This document shows, piece by piece, positions 37,073-49,200 of a DNA stretch of 64,000 bases. How positions within the stretch are numbered: position 1 is the first letter of the stretch; each line of letters opens with the position of its first letter. A program made the translations under genes and the position numbers. Under the pieces are notes generated by a model. It did no database searches. It had not been told where the DNA came from and saw nothing but the letters and a program-made list of their open reading frames with translations. The DNA lies in NCBI GenBank assembly GCA_000165345.1, contig CM000431.1, positions 1-64,000 on the forward strand, read 5' to 3'.

Positions 37073-39127
37073 ATGTACGCAAAAGAAGATTTTGGAAATG
37101 CGAATATAAGTCAATTTATTCGACTAAATAACCGGCTAAGAGCTAATGGGTTTTTATCAATACCGTTTCTTCCTGATTTAACTTCTCCTGCTAGATCTCT
37201 TATACTAAATAGAAACCAAGTTGAAGAAGATAATAATGAAGGTACAAATTATTTAAGATACGCAAACCCGGGAGTGAGATTATCAGAAAAATTGGTTCAA
37301 ACCTCAATGATCTCTCAGAATTTAAATGATGTAACTACGCCTCAGAATCTTTCACAAATTGGAGAAACAGAGAGGCAAAATGATAAGTTTGAAATCACTC
37401 CAGGTATTCGTAAGTATACTGATTCTGAATATTCTGGTTTAAACACAGATGATTTGAGAACTGTAGGTTCTATACTACATGGAATTTGTGCTGACAGAGA
37501 TAATTCATTTGAAAATGAACAAAATGTTAATTCTGTAACAGAAATTGCAAGAGAACACTCTGTATCTGGAAGAAATAAGATGGATTTTCCTTTTGATATG
37601 CCGTCAAATTATAGCTCTAAATATGGGATGAAACCTGATGGTAATTTTAGATTAGGGTCAAGTATTGAGCTTTCTTTCACTACTGAACAACCTGAATCCT
37701 TGTCTATGGCAGCTAAACCAGAATCTATTGAAACTAATCAAAGGTTAATAGTTGATGGAAACAAACTCATTTCAACTATTCACAATTTACTATATGAATT
37801 AGAATCTCGAGGTGAACACACTGTTGAAACTATAAACTCTGAAAGGTCACAAAAAAACGGACTTATAGAAAAGTTAAACCTCTTGAGAAGGAAATATGAA
37901 GCCTTAGAGAAAGAGAATGAATCTCTTAGAATGATAAATAGAGTTTTAACCGAAGAAGAACAATCTAATAGAAAAAATAGGGTTCAAGGTAGGGAAACCC
38001 CGCAAGGCTCTGCAATTAGCAAGTTAGAAAGAGAGAAACAGCAACTTCTTGTTGAAAATAGCCGACTAAAACAAGATATTCTAAAGCTTCAAGAGGATGA
38101 TGATAAGTCAAGAGATAAAGCTGATCAATTTTTGAGGTCTGTTAAGAACAATCTGGACAATGAAAGAGATTCTAACAGAGCCAGCACCTTCAACCATACG
38201 GGTACGAGCAGTAATATTAGTGGAACAACCTTAACAACTTTAGAAAAAAAGAAAATTCTTCAATCACACTACCTTTACTCAATAATTGTAGGATTTGAAA
38301 AATCGATCAGCTATTGGAAATTGCAAGCCAACGGACAAAATAACTTAGATTCTAAAAACGGGCAAGACTCATTTGAGGGTAATGAAACTAATTTAGGAAA
38401 TTCAAATGATACTATTTCTGAGAAATCCTTCTTTGAATTTTGTCAAGAAAATAATATTTCCACAAGTGAGTTAATGAAAAGAGACAAGAATCTTTGGACC
38501 AGAGGTCTTTATATGTTACAGAATACTGATAGATCTGAATTAGAAAGCATAGTTAGGTGGTCTTGTAGGCTACTTAATATATCAAACTTTAGAAACATTC
38601 CGATTCAAATTGGACAACTATTAGCCAAAAAGAGTACTTCAGCAACCCCGAAAATCACTCATATTTTCGAAAGTGCTTCATCCAAGAAAATTTCCTCCCA
38701 AAATAATAGCCAAGAAGTCATATCAATTGAACTACATGATCGTTTCTACAACCACTTTAAAACTCTATTTGATGTACTTGATGATCAAGACGTTATCCAA
38801 GCATCTAATGCAATATATATACAACTGAGAGATTTTAAGAAGTTTTTCAAAACTATTTGCTCAACTTTAAGTCTTGATTACAAAACCACCTCTCCCAATG
38901 AATGCCTAAAGATTCTCACTGATCTAATTAACATAAATCACTCAAAGAAAGCTCCAAATACTCAACCTCAGATCCAGTCTTTCCAAGAGAACTCTTCAAA
39001 TGTTCATAATATCATTGAGTCTCTTAAAATTGTTTTAGATGTTGATTCGAATGACCAGATTCTTCCCACTCTAAAGCAACACCTTGAGTCCCAATCTGCT
39101 ATTATTCTTTCTCTCTCAAAGAGCTAA
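37073..39127 (+). CDS. Hypothetical coiled-coil protein, 684 aa
   Basis: ATG at 37073. Central heptad-rich stretch (LIEKLNLLRRKYEALEKENESLRMINRVL...LEREKQQLLVENSRLKQDILKLQEDD). Confidence 0.5.
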   Translation: MYAKEDFGNANISQFIRLNNRLRANGFLSIPFLPDLTSPARSLILNRNQVEEDNNEGTNYLRYANPGVRLSEKLVQTSMISQNLNDVTTPQNLSQIGETERQNDKFEITPGIRKYTDSEYSGLNTDDLRTVGSILHGICADRDNSFENEQNVNSVTEIAREHSVSGRNKMDFPFDMPSNYSSKYGMKPDGNFRLGSSIELSFTTEQPESLSMAAKPESIETNQRLIVDGNKLISTIHNLLYELESRGEHTVETINSERSQKNGLIEKLNLLRRKYEALEKENESLRMINRVLTEEEQSNRKNRVQGRETPQGSAISKLEREKQQLLVENSRLKQDILKLQEDDDKSRDKADQFLRSVKNNLDNERDSNRASTFNHTGTSSNISGTTLTTLEKKKILQSHYLYSIIVGFEKSISYWKLQANGQNNLDSKNGQDSFEGNETNLGNSNDTISEKSFFEFCQENNISTSELMKRDKNLWTRGLYMLQNTDRSELESIVRWSCRLLNISNFRNIPIQIGQLLAKKSTSATPKITHIFESASSKKISSQNNSQEVISIELHDRFYNHFKTLFDVLDDQDVIQASNAIYIQLRDFKKFFKTICSTLSLDYKTTSPNECLKILTDLININHSKKAPNTQPQIQSFQENSSNVHNIIESLKIVLDVDSNDQILPTLKQHLESQSAIILSLSKS

Positions 39128-39379
39128 TTTAGCAATATTTTTTGTTCAAGTTACTCATTTCTTATATATCTACTAATTAATTTTTTTTTTTAATATTTTT
39201 CCTTATACCGGTGTTACGCATGTTTAATTTGATTAATATGCTAAATTCATTAATTGGCGCCAAACCATAAATTAAGATTGCAGGAATGCAGGAAGATAAC
39301 TAAAAATAAGTTGAAAAAATAGGGGAAATTCAAAGTGGCATATTTCAAGGCTGTGAAAGTTTGTAATTAATCAAGAGCC

Positions 39380-40180
39380 ATGGATTTTGAAGATATTCCT
39401 TTTGAGGAAATTATAAGAAAAGAAAAGATAGCTGAGTCATTCGAAAAAAGAAAAAGTGCAGAATCAGAAAAAAAAAATGCCAATGGATCCTACAAATCAT
39501 GCAAAGAATTTGAGAAAAATGATGAAATCGATCAAAGACTCAAAAAATATGGAAGAATTACTTCAAAGAACTCTCCAATGGAAGTATCATCTAGAAGACA
39601 AATTTTACCAGAAAAACTAGAAAATGAAAGAAACTATATCAGAAATAAACATGACAGCTCAAAAAAAGGCAATGATCCTAGATTTAATGACTCTTGTGGA
39701 AAGCTCAACACTGACTTATTCCATAAATCATATGACTTCTTAGATGACATGAGACAAAGAGAATTTAATCAGATCAAGAATACATTAGATTTATACAAAA
39801 TTATGACCAAGTCTAAAGAACTTGGAACATGGAATAAAGTTAAGAAATCATCAAAATTTAAAAACTCTGATGTAAATCATCTTACTCAAGACCAAATTGA
39901 CAATCTCAAACTTAAATATCAGAAACTTGTTTCTGAAAAAGATCATAGAAAAAATCTTTACCTTAAACAGCAAACCATATCGCAACATAGAAAGCAGGAA
40001 CAAACTAAAATTGAATCAGGAAAGAAGCCATTCTTTCTTAAACAAAAAGATATCAATTTATCTATTCAACATGATAAATATAAAAATCTTAATAAAAAAC
40101 AAATATCAATGCTTGAACAAAAAATTAATAGAAAAAATGTCTCCAAGTTTAAACCACCAACTTCTCTTAGAAAAATATAA
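39380..40180 (+). CDS. Lysine-rich probable nucleolar protein, possibly RRP36-like (rRNA processing)
   Basis: ATG at 39380. C-terminal KKPFFLKQKDINLSIQHDKYKNL...KQISMLEQKINRKN resembles the RRP36/DUF947 KKPY(F/Y)LK...kY..Lk pattern (recollection, weak). Confidence 0.4.
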   Translation: MDFEDIPFEEIIRKEKIAESFEKRKSAESEKKNANGSYKSCKEFEKNDEIDQRLKKYGRITSKNSPMEVSSRRQILPEKLENERNYIRNKHDSSKKGNDPRFNDSCGKLNTDLFHKSYDFLDDMRQREFNQIKNTLDLYKIMTKSKELGTWNKVKKSSKFKNSDVNHLTQDQIDNLKLKYQKLVSEKDHRKNLYLKQQTISQHRKQEQTKIESGKKPFFLKQKDINLSIQHDKYKNLNKKQISMLEQKINRKNVSKFKPPTSLRKI

Positions 40181-40302
40181 AAGATTATTACTCTCGAAAT
40201 CCTATATAGTTATTTTTAATTCATCATATTAATCAATTTGAATATATATAAGATTATATACTTTAATATTTCTATAATAGATACTTTTATACCTTCTCAT
40301 TT

Positions 40303-41075
40303 TTATTTCCTTCCGAGAATTCTTCTGAAAAATACATATATATTTGCTAACAATAGTACAAATATTATGAAATATAGCATCAGTCTCTCAATTACTTTCT
40401 GCTTGTATAATGTACTTGCCAATTTACGACTCTCCATGATATTATAATCTATATTATTCAAACCATATTTGCTTCTTGTCAAGTTATCCCTTTGAACTGT
40501 TAAAGTATTCAAAGAATATAATCCTATATGTTGTGTTTCCTGAGCTAGGTTTGCAGATATTCTTAAATTATCTTCATTCCTTTTCATCAAATCTTCTGTA
40601 GAAACTCCCATATTATATTCTTTTGTCGATGGTTTTAAATAATTCTGACCGTCATTACCACTAATGTTTGTACTCATATCCAACTCTTTATTAGAATAGT
40701 AACTACTAGCCATGCTCTCCTCTCTATATGTGTCAAACTTCCTATATATGTCTTCATATACTCTCTGATATCTTTGATACGATTGGTATTCAATCGAATT
40801 CTTAGATAACGTCATAACCTTAAAAAATAGTTAAACAAACTTAAAAATTGGAAATATAGACATTAAATTTAACTTACTTCATCTTTCAGTTGATCCAAAC
40901 ACTTCTTTGCATCCTGAAATCGACGTTCCAATATAGATATTTCATCCTGTGTAAATTTCTCCCCTCTTCCTCCATCTTCAATATTCACACATTTGAGCAC
41001 TAAACGTTCTATTCCTTGTATAACAGACAAAAACTCCTCTTCATATGACACAAAATACTCGGATGCTGACAACAT
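40303..41075 (-). CDS. VTI1: Vti1-like Qb-SNARE, tail-anchored; two exons join(40878..41075, 40303..40818) with a 59-nt intron
   Basis: Exon 1 (MLSASEYFVSYEEEFLSVIQG...LDQLKDE) resembles the Vti1 N-terminal helix; it is followed on the minus strand by GTAAGT at 40877..40872. The intron ends ...TTTTTTAAG at 40819, and exon 2 is in phase 0 (VMTLSKN...). Exon 2 carries a SNARE heptad region and the C-terminal TM MLYFIIFVLLLANIYVFF. The ORF track shows two separate ORFs, 40869..41075 and 40303..40815. Confidence 0.65.
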
Positions 41076-41126
41076 TTATCAATATTGTTTAATACCTATT
41101 TATTCAATAATTTATATTAAGATCAA

Positions 41127-41139
41127 TTCCCGCCAAAAA
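41127..41139. promoter_or_regulatory. E2F-consensus-like TTCCCGCCAAAAA (rc TTTTTGGCGGGAA) ~55 bp upstream of the Vti1 ATG
   Basis: Direct reading. Matches the canonical E2F site TTTSGCGCS/TTTGGCGGGAA. Confidence 0.4.
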
Positions 41140-41834
41140 TGTTTGTATTAATAAACTTTGCATGTATAAGAATTTGTTAAAATAATTATTAATTAAATTA
41201 TTATGAATAGTTCAACTTATATTTCTGATAGTATCCGTAGTCAAACAAAAGAGTATATAATCAACTTACCAAAATATATGAATTAATATTATAAAGAATT
41301 TCAACATTGAAATTTCCCACACTATTAACATTACAATCATAAATGTTTGCCATCTTGTATAGAATATTTGTGCCGTTATATGATCATTATTTTTATTAAT
41401 ATGGATTGAATTAGATCAATGAGTCCTTTCCTTGATTAAACTTGATTTTTATACTTATCCTCAAACAATTATAATGCGTAGTTACCCATAAAATGAAACA
41501 ATAATTTAAAATATTTTAAGCTCCAATTTATATTAACAAACTCTTATTCAAATTTTAGTAAGATAATTAATCGTTAAGCAATCATTTTAAGGGAATTAAA
41601 ATAATAACATTTAATTGAAATCCAGAATTGATATTTTCCGAATTAAAGGTCAATTTTGATTATTTGAAAAATTTTTGAAAATCGATATGAATAAATGATT
41701 GTTAGTACCAATTGAAGACGTTTGTAATTAAAAAAGAATAAATTGTAATTACTTATTAAACAAATATATATGTAATATATTTACAATATATTGATTTCTT
41801 CAATTTCAAACAATTGAAATTTTTTATTAATGAA

Positions 41835-44116
41835 TTAGCATTTTCCATCTTTAGAATCCTTACATTCAAATCCTCCAGGTGTATTTATACAACACTGTGA
41901 TTTACCACAATAATTACCCACTTTACATTCATCTATATCACGGCATGTGAATCCATCTCCTGTATAGCCTTCTGAACATACGCACTCAAATTTACTTAAA
42001 TCATGCGTTGTTTCAAAGATTGAATGTACGTAACATTCCGCATTTTTGGAACATTTGCTACAGACTTCATTCTTAAAGTTTTTCTTGACTTTTTTTGGTA
42101 TCAAAAACATTGGATTATTGAATCTATACTCATCTCTAATCCATTTAGAAATGTGAGATGCTTCATTGCTTAAATCTGATTTATTCATCATAATAGAATG
42201 CATTAAGACGGGTTCTGATGAAATATATTCAATCTCACGATACATATTTGCATCTTTTGATAATGAAATGAAGTATATATCAATATCTTTCTTCAAGCTA
42301 ACGATTCCTGGGCATGTCTTCACAGAAGTACAACCATTAAATCCTGCAGTGATGTATACTATCTTTCTTCTCTTTAATAGCACCTTATTATGATAGCCTC
42401 TTTGATTTGAATGAGAATCAGTACCATTTTGTTGTGCAATAACATTTAATACTCTTTCTGAGTCTTGCTGTGCAACCATACTTAACAATCTATCAACCCT
42501 CATATTATTGTCAGAGCCTTGTAATGTTGATATGAAGCTCGTATGCCCTTGGGTTTTGTTTTGTTCATTAATTGGAACTGACAAAATTTCAGTATTTATT
42601 CCACTCTCGACCAAATTTCTATAAATTACATTTGCAGACAAATTAATTTCTTTCATTTGATCAATATTTGGTACTTTAGACAGATCCATTACTAACGAAA
42701 CTGCATATTTTGGTGGTTCGCTTGTGGTTGTTGTAGTATTTGGATACTCAGTTGTAGTGGTTGTTATATCTGGAATTGTTGTAGTTGTGGTAGTTGTTGG
42801 ATATCCTGTTGTGGATGTGGTTGTTGGATAACCTGTTGTAGAAGTGGTTGTTGGTTGTCCCGTTGTAGAAGTGGTTGTTGGATAACCTGTTGTAGAAGTG
42901 GTTGTTGGATAACCTGTTGTAGAAGTGGTTGTTGGATAACCTGTTGTAGAAGTGGTTGTTGGATATCCTGTTGTAGAAGTAGTTGTTGGATGTTCTGTTG
43001 TAGAAGTGGTTGTTACATTTGGAGCTTTAGTTGTAGTAGTTGTTGGGCTTCCAGTTGTGGTGGCTATTGGACTTCTAGTTGTAGATGTGGTTGTTACATT
43101 TGGAGCTTTAGTTGTAGTAGTTGTTGGGTTTCCAGTTGTAGAAGTGGTTGTTGCATTTGGAGCTTTAGTTGTGGTAGTTGTTGGATTTCCAGTTGTAGAA
43201 GTGGTTGTTGGACTTCTAGTTGTGGATGTGGTAGTGTTTGGACTCCCTGTTGTGGTAGTTGTTGGATATCCTGTTGTGGATGTAGTTGTTACAACTGTAG
43301 TCGTTGTGGTAGTGATTGGAATATTTGGGTATTCTGTTGTTGTGTTGTTGGGAAAGGATAAACTGGATACTCGGTTGTTGTTGTTGTTGGGTATACTGGA
43401 TATTCTGTTGTTGTTGTGGTGGGGTATACTGGATATTCTGTTGTTGTCGTTGTTGGGAAAGGATAAACTGGATACTCTGTTGTTGTTGTGGTTGGGTATA
43501 CTGGATATTCTGTTGTTGTCGTTGTTGGGAAAGGATAAACTGGATACTCTGTTGTTGTTGTGGTTGGGAAAGGATAAACTGGATACTCTGTCGTAGTAGT
43601 TGTTGGAATTGGGTATATTGGATATTCTGTTGTTGTTGTTGTTGGGACTGGGTAAACTGGGTATCCTGTTGTTGTTGATGTCAAATTTAAAATATAGTCA
43701 TATTTGTGGCTATTCCATCCCATTTGGTAAACATTTTTTTGATGATGATTGTAATGATAATGATGGTTTTCCTTTGGTATATAATTAAAATGACTATTAG
43801 TATAAGACCTTTCATCATCGGTTGTATCTATATATTTAGGAGTATATGTATTATAATAAGTGTTATAATATCTATAATTATGGTGGCTTTGATGGTGGTT
43901 GTGTTTATACTTATGACTCTGAGATTCTGCCACCTTTCTATTTAAATTTGACGTACCTTCATCTGTCAAAATTGCATTATTTTCATCATAATCATGTTGA
44001 TTTTCTGGTGAAACCCATGTATCTTGTTCATCAATATCAGAAGCAAAAATAATTGTTAAATTTATCAATAGGAGACCTATTGAGAGAACAAATTTTTTAT
44101 TTAAAACTCCAAACAT
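41835..44116 (-). CDS. Secreted mucin-like glycoprotein with C-terminal EGF-like domains; reading frame broken by a 1-nt frameshift at ~43337-43350 inside an (ACA)n Thr-codon run
   Basis: Upstream ORF 43289..44137: real ATG at 44116, signal peptide MFGVLNKKFVLSIGLLLINLTIIFA, His/Tyr/Asn-rich segment, then ~10 x TTTTTEYPVYP(FP). Downstream, frame +2 is open and encodes (TTTSTTGYP)n, TTTTKAPNVTTT, a globular region and DIDECKVGNYCGKSQCCINTPGGFECKD EGF-like modules, ending at 41835. The joint is ACAACACAACAACAG versus ACAACAACAACAACAG in sister repeats. Confidence 0.65.
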
Positions 44117-44657
44117 TAGGAACCGTAAAAAAATCAACTATCTTTTTTTCTAGTTTCCAATTTGAAATTTTACTTAGTTTATTTCCGCATGTAGTTTTTT
44201 TGTTTTTTTAATACCGCAATGCATGTGGATGGCTTTTTTTGTCAATTATAAATAATTACGTGTCAAAAGCTACATGCACATTGCATACATGCAAATGCTT
44301 TACGCAATTATAGAGGTGCAAATCCCCATGTGGACAAAAAATTGAATTAAACTAGATCAAAATAAATAGAAAAAAAAATATACTTGAATTCGGAAATATC
44401 TAATTAAGAATAGTCAAACTAATAAAAAAATCAAATAAAGGTTAGCTATAAATGTTAAGTAGTATATAATAATAAACATCAAAATACGTGTTTAAATGCG
44501 AATGAAATATGATTATGCTCAATTTCAACCTTTCTTGTAAATAGAAATACTGTTAAATACGATGATTCAATTAAAAATAATAATTAAGCAAACTTATAAT
44601 TCTTTAATATTTGATATATACAATATTGATGTTGAGTGATATAATTAGTTGTTTATT

Positions 44658-45866
44658 TCAGGAACTTTTTGGAAGACACCATTGGTAAAAATTCAAAGCA
44701 CCATCCCATTGAGCAGTGAGAATGATTCCAGGAGATCCCCCTAGATTCGAAACTAGTCTGATTTCTGATCTGGTATCAGGAGTATGAAATTCAAGTACAC
44801 TGTCAAATAAAGGAAGGGTGATACATCTAAGATGCCCATTATTTTGGCCCATCATTAAGATATGTTTAGCGTCTGCAGTAACAGTCCCATCCATGCAAAG
44901 CGCAGGAGAACCTAGAGATTTTCTAAAAGTTTCCTCACCTGTAGGTGAAATAACACGAATTACACCTTGCAAACTACATAGAACAAGATGATTTTCATAC
45001 TCGAGTACTGACATAATAGGTCCTCCATCAAATATAATTTCCCTAACTACTTGTAAAGTAATTAGATCCACAATCTGAACAATACCGCCTCCACAAACCC
45101 AAAGATGAGGAGATGCATCCTGAATTTGGCATTGAGGTTGTCCCATTGCGCCAGCTGAATTACCTTTATACGGAAAATATTTAAGACACTTTATATGCTC
45201 TTTAGCCTGAATCTGTGCAGAAATTATAAAAGTACCAGAAGCTTGATCAAATTTCCAAAATACTATCTTTCCACCCCAACAAGCAGAAACGAGTATATTG
45301 TCAATTATTAAAAGTTGATGTATTTCTTGGTTATGCCCAACTAAATCTGTAAAATTCCCTGTAGGCTTGTGAAATGCCCTAATTGTGCCATTAATTAGTC
45401 CACAAAATAGTACATCCCCATAAATCAAGCAACTACAAACCTCTGCACTGCAATTAATTGCTGAATCCATTTTTACTGAAAGCTGAGTTGCTCCACTAAC
45501 ATCATTCTGAAACTTGTTCTGATAGTTTCTTCTACGATGATTACTTCCCCTTTCAGGCTCGGTTGTCATAACATCCTTATCTGCAGGTCTAATTATCCAT
45601 CTCTTCAATTGACCATCGCACCCCCCTGTGAAAAGTTCAAGCTCTCCCGTAGGTAAAGGAGAAGAAATTGCACACCTAATACCTCCAAAATGAGCCTTTT
45701 GTATTTGTGCAACTTGCCTTAAAATATGTGAGTAATTACAATTCTGGCCAAATTTACAATTACCTTGTTGAACAAAATGTCGGCAAATCTCTGAGACTTT
45801 CGTATTGCTTCCTCCACTAGATGAGCCGCCATGTCCACCTTTGCCTCCCTTCCAACGGCCTCTCAT
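44658..45866 (-). CDS. CCCH zinc-finger / WD40-repeat protein
   Basis: Gly-rich N-terminus MRGRWKGGKGGHGG; C-x8-C-x5-C-x3-H (CRHFVQQGNCKFGQNCNYSH); then WD-repeat-like blocks (GH...WD spacing). Confidence 0.75.
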   Translation of the reverse strand: MRGRWKGGKGGHGGSSSGGSNTKVSEICRHFVQQGNCKFGQNCNYSHILRQVAQIQKAHFGGIRCAISSPLPTGELELFTGGCDGQLKRWIIRPADKDVMTTEPERGSNHRRRNYQNKFQNDVSGATQLSVKMDSAINCSAEVCSCLIYGDVLFCGLINGTIRAFHKPTGNFTDLVGHNQEIHQLLIIDNILVSACWGGKIVFWKFDQASGTFIISAQIQAKEHIKCLKYFPYKGNSAGAMGQPQCQIQDASPHLWVCGGGIVQIVDLITLQVVREIIFDGGPIMSVLEYENHLVLCSLQGVIRVISPTGEETFRKSLGSPALCMDGTVTADAKHILMMGQNNGHLRCITLPLFDSVLEFHTPDTRSEIRLVSNLGGSPGIILTAQWDGALNFYQWCLPKSS

Positions 45867-46247
45867 TTCTTAATTAGGACTTTTAGCTCGTAAACACCAG
45901 TCAGGAAATATAAGGCTTAGGATCCAAATAGATCCCTATCTCTAAATTATAACCAATCTTCCAATCTACCTTAACGATTTAAAAAAATAAGTAACTCGTA
46001 CACTAGAGCCAATACCAGATGAAACCCTCCCCAAAAGTTGTTTCTTTTCCATTCAAACCTACCTAAAATGTAAAAATCAAAATGACTATTTTCCAAACAC
46101 CAAAATGTTAATGAAACTCCTCTCAGTTCCGACCAAGAAAATTTTTTATTTTATTTATATTTTTCTAAAAAAACAAGGCATTATAAATACAGCCACCATA
46201 CTGTCTCTAACGTACTTTTGGGCGGGCTATCCTATTTTAGTTTAATG

Positions 46248-49200
46248 CTAGATTACTACTTGTTTTCCAAGGTAAAATCTTCTACTATTATCAGATAGTG
46301 TAAAATATGGATAAGAATATGGACGAGAGTTAGAGCATCCGAAGTTAATACTTGGAAGCTTTAACAGTCCGTTTGTTAGAGGAACTACCCTAAACTCTAG
46401 CTTAATTTTTGACCCAGGTTTAGCTTCTATATAACCATTTCTAGCTCCAATAAACCACCAGCATCCCTTATCTTCTGAATCTTCATCTCCAAAGTAGTTT
46501 AAACAATATGAAAATGTTTCTTCTTTTTGAAATGTATAATTCAGGTAAATAATCAATGGAAACTCCGAATCAACTTTTGAATACGAGGGGTGTTCAACAT
46601 GGTCTAAACTTAATCCATCTAGACTTGTTTCTAATAAATTGTCTGTGGAATGTGTGGATTTTCTCAATGAAATAAAATTGTACAAAGTTTCCATTGGAAT
46701 TTGGAAAGGACCTGAAATAGATAACTTTGTTCTTTCTTCTTTTGGTAGGCTAATTGTTGATATTAAGATTTGAGGAGTTAACACCTTTTGAAGTTCAGTT
46801 TTCGGAACTATCCATATCAATTTTAGAGGTCTTGAATTAGATTCAATAATCAATGGATGAGAAAGAGTATATTCACGAATTGAATATAAATCTCCCAAAT
46901 CTTGAAAATTTTCAATTGTTCTTGGTTTTAATTCTACTGGTGCCATGATTCCAAATAAATCTGAGCTTTCCAGATCTTTTGGAAGCATGGTAATGATCTT
47001 TTCTACCAAAACTCTTTTACAAGTTGCTTCAAAAAGTAATTCAAAGTAATAAAATGGTAAGCTATAATGATCTAGATTTGGAACTGGTTGAATATTTTTC
47101 AAATCTACTTGTGGTCCTACTTGGAAAACAAAATTATGTCTAGTACAAACTTCTTTGTCTTGACCTTTAATACTTGCAATTAAATTTAAACTAAAATTTA
47201 CTTCAGTTGACGTTTTCATTGGAGACATATCAAACATTATTGGTGTTTGAATTATACACTCACTTGAAAAAGACGGAAGTTTAATCAATTTTTGATTTAT
47301 TTCTGGTTTTAAAATACTACTGGACTCCATACCATCTAGCTGTACTAATTCCACTTCATCAGTAAATACTTGTATTGATTCAGTTTCAGATTCTTGAAAA
47401 CTCAGAGTTACTTCCATATCAACATTGTATATTTGAAACCAATCCCTTTCTATTTCCACTGATATTCTATATAACTTCTTTTCTCCTGTATTTGTGCTCA
47501 ACAAATTCCTTGAAGCAGATTCAGGAAGATTTGATTTCTGTATTATATCTCTAAACTGAATTTCCATACTAATCATTTCTGATAAATTTTTAATCCCAAA
47601 AGAATATAACGTGGTCCACTTTTTGAGAGGATTCCAAGCGTTATCTCTATTACATTCTAATTCATCCTTACTTGTTTTAGTAATTATACCTGAATTTATA
47701 GGTTTCTTCCCAGATAAGATTCCTAAATTTGTTTCAAATATCTGAAATTCTGAAATAACTTTTGGTAATATATGAGGTGAAGGTAATGTGCCCAAAGGAA
47801 TTACCCAAAGGAAGTTAATTGGAATGCTGAAACTTGTTCTATCAGATAACCCAATAGAATCTATAAAGAAGCTAGATTCTCCTTCTTCACAGAAAATATC
47901 TAGTTCTATTTTGTTTAACCCTGGCTCCAAAATGACTTTGCCTTTTGAAGATTCAGTAATCGTATTTTCAAGTAGTATCCACCTAGTGCCATTCACTCTC
48001 AACCAAACAGAGCCAAAATAAACAGGAGAAGAAAGTCCAATGTAAATTAATAATATACAACGCGATGGAATCCCAGGAACTGCAAACTTGTGTATCCATG
48101 AATTCGGAGGTGTAACAAGACATTGAGTAGAATCTTCATTTTTTGGACTGAGAGCTAATTTTGGGCTCGCTGAAGCAGATTTTTTTGAATTAGATTTACT
48201 TGCTTCAGTAATCACCCAATTTGATGGCCCTGGAGTATTTACAGTAATGACCTTAGAGGGAGACAGGTTTTCCTCGACCTTTATTGCATTATCTAAAGGA
48301 GAAGATGGTATTTTAAGTCTTTCACTATTCTTTAATGAACTACCATGAACACTTGTACTTGTTGGAACCCTTTCTCGGTCATCTAAATTGTTCATTTCCG
48401 ATATTCCATTGGTTTTTTCAGAGTATAGACTCCCATTAAATGAACTTGCTTTGCTTTTACTTTTGGAGCTACTTCCATAAGAACTACTTCCCCATTTAAA
48501 CCCTGTAACAATTTCCCACATCCATTGTCTAGGCGAACCATCCTTTCTTTTATTTGAACCCATTGGATTTGAGATATTACTTCTTCCTTCTCTAACATGT
48601 TCAAGCTCTGAGTTAGAAAATGAAAAAGATCGCTCATGTTTAGAGCTTTTTTTTTGAAACCAACTATTATAATTGCTATTTGATCCTGATCTGTTAGAAC
48701 TCTTCATTTTTTGGGTGCTTAAATTATTTCCAGCTTCTTGTTGTTCTATTCTTTGTGATTCCATATTTTTCCCTATCTCTTGTTTTTCCATTTGTCCTAT
48801 TCTCGATCCAATATCTTCAGAAGGTTTTATTTGTTGTCCAGAAGACCCAAGGGGACTTTGTAGTGGTGAAAGGACATTTGGAGATTTTAAGAATAATCTT
48901 CCACTTGGTCTTAGTATTTCATGAAAAACATAGAAATACCCTTGTACTGGTTTTAATGGATCTAATAAACCGCAACAAGGTAAAGCTTTAGTAGGTAATC
49001 TGATTAGCTTTCCTCCTCCTAAAAGAGCCATCAGGATTTGTCTTTCAACAATCTTGAGAGTAACTCCTTTGAATGATTTTGTTTGTAAGTCATAAGATTC
49101 CAAAGCCTCATTTTTATCTGTTGTTTGATTTCCAAAATTAATAAAAGCTCTCATCTTAAGTTTTGGAATTTCCTTAGTTTTTTCTGAACCGTATTCTGGA

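Noticed and set aside
40238-40447. 69-aa + strand ORF and 111-aa ORF at 39897..40232
   Set aside because: They overlap the 3' ends of the Lys-rich gene and the SNARE gene in alternative frames. AT-rich chance ORFs.
42855-43678. Three overlapping + strand ORFs (CCRSGCWIT..., VVVG..., CCCW...) of 120-214 aa
   Set aside because: They are antisense/out-of-frame readings of the mucin Thr-codon repeats (GTTGTTGT...). Periodic Cys/Trp/Gly/Val composition is the signature of a repeat artifact, not a protein.
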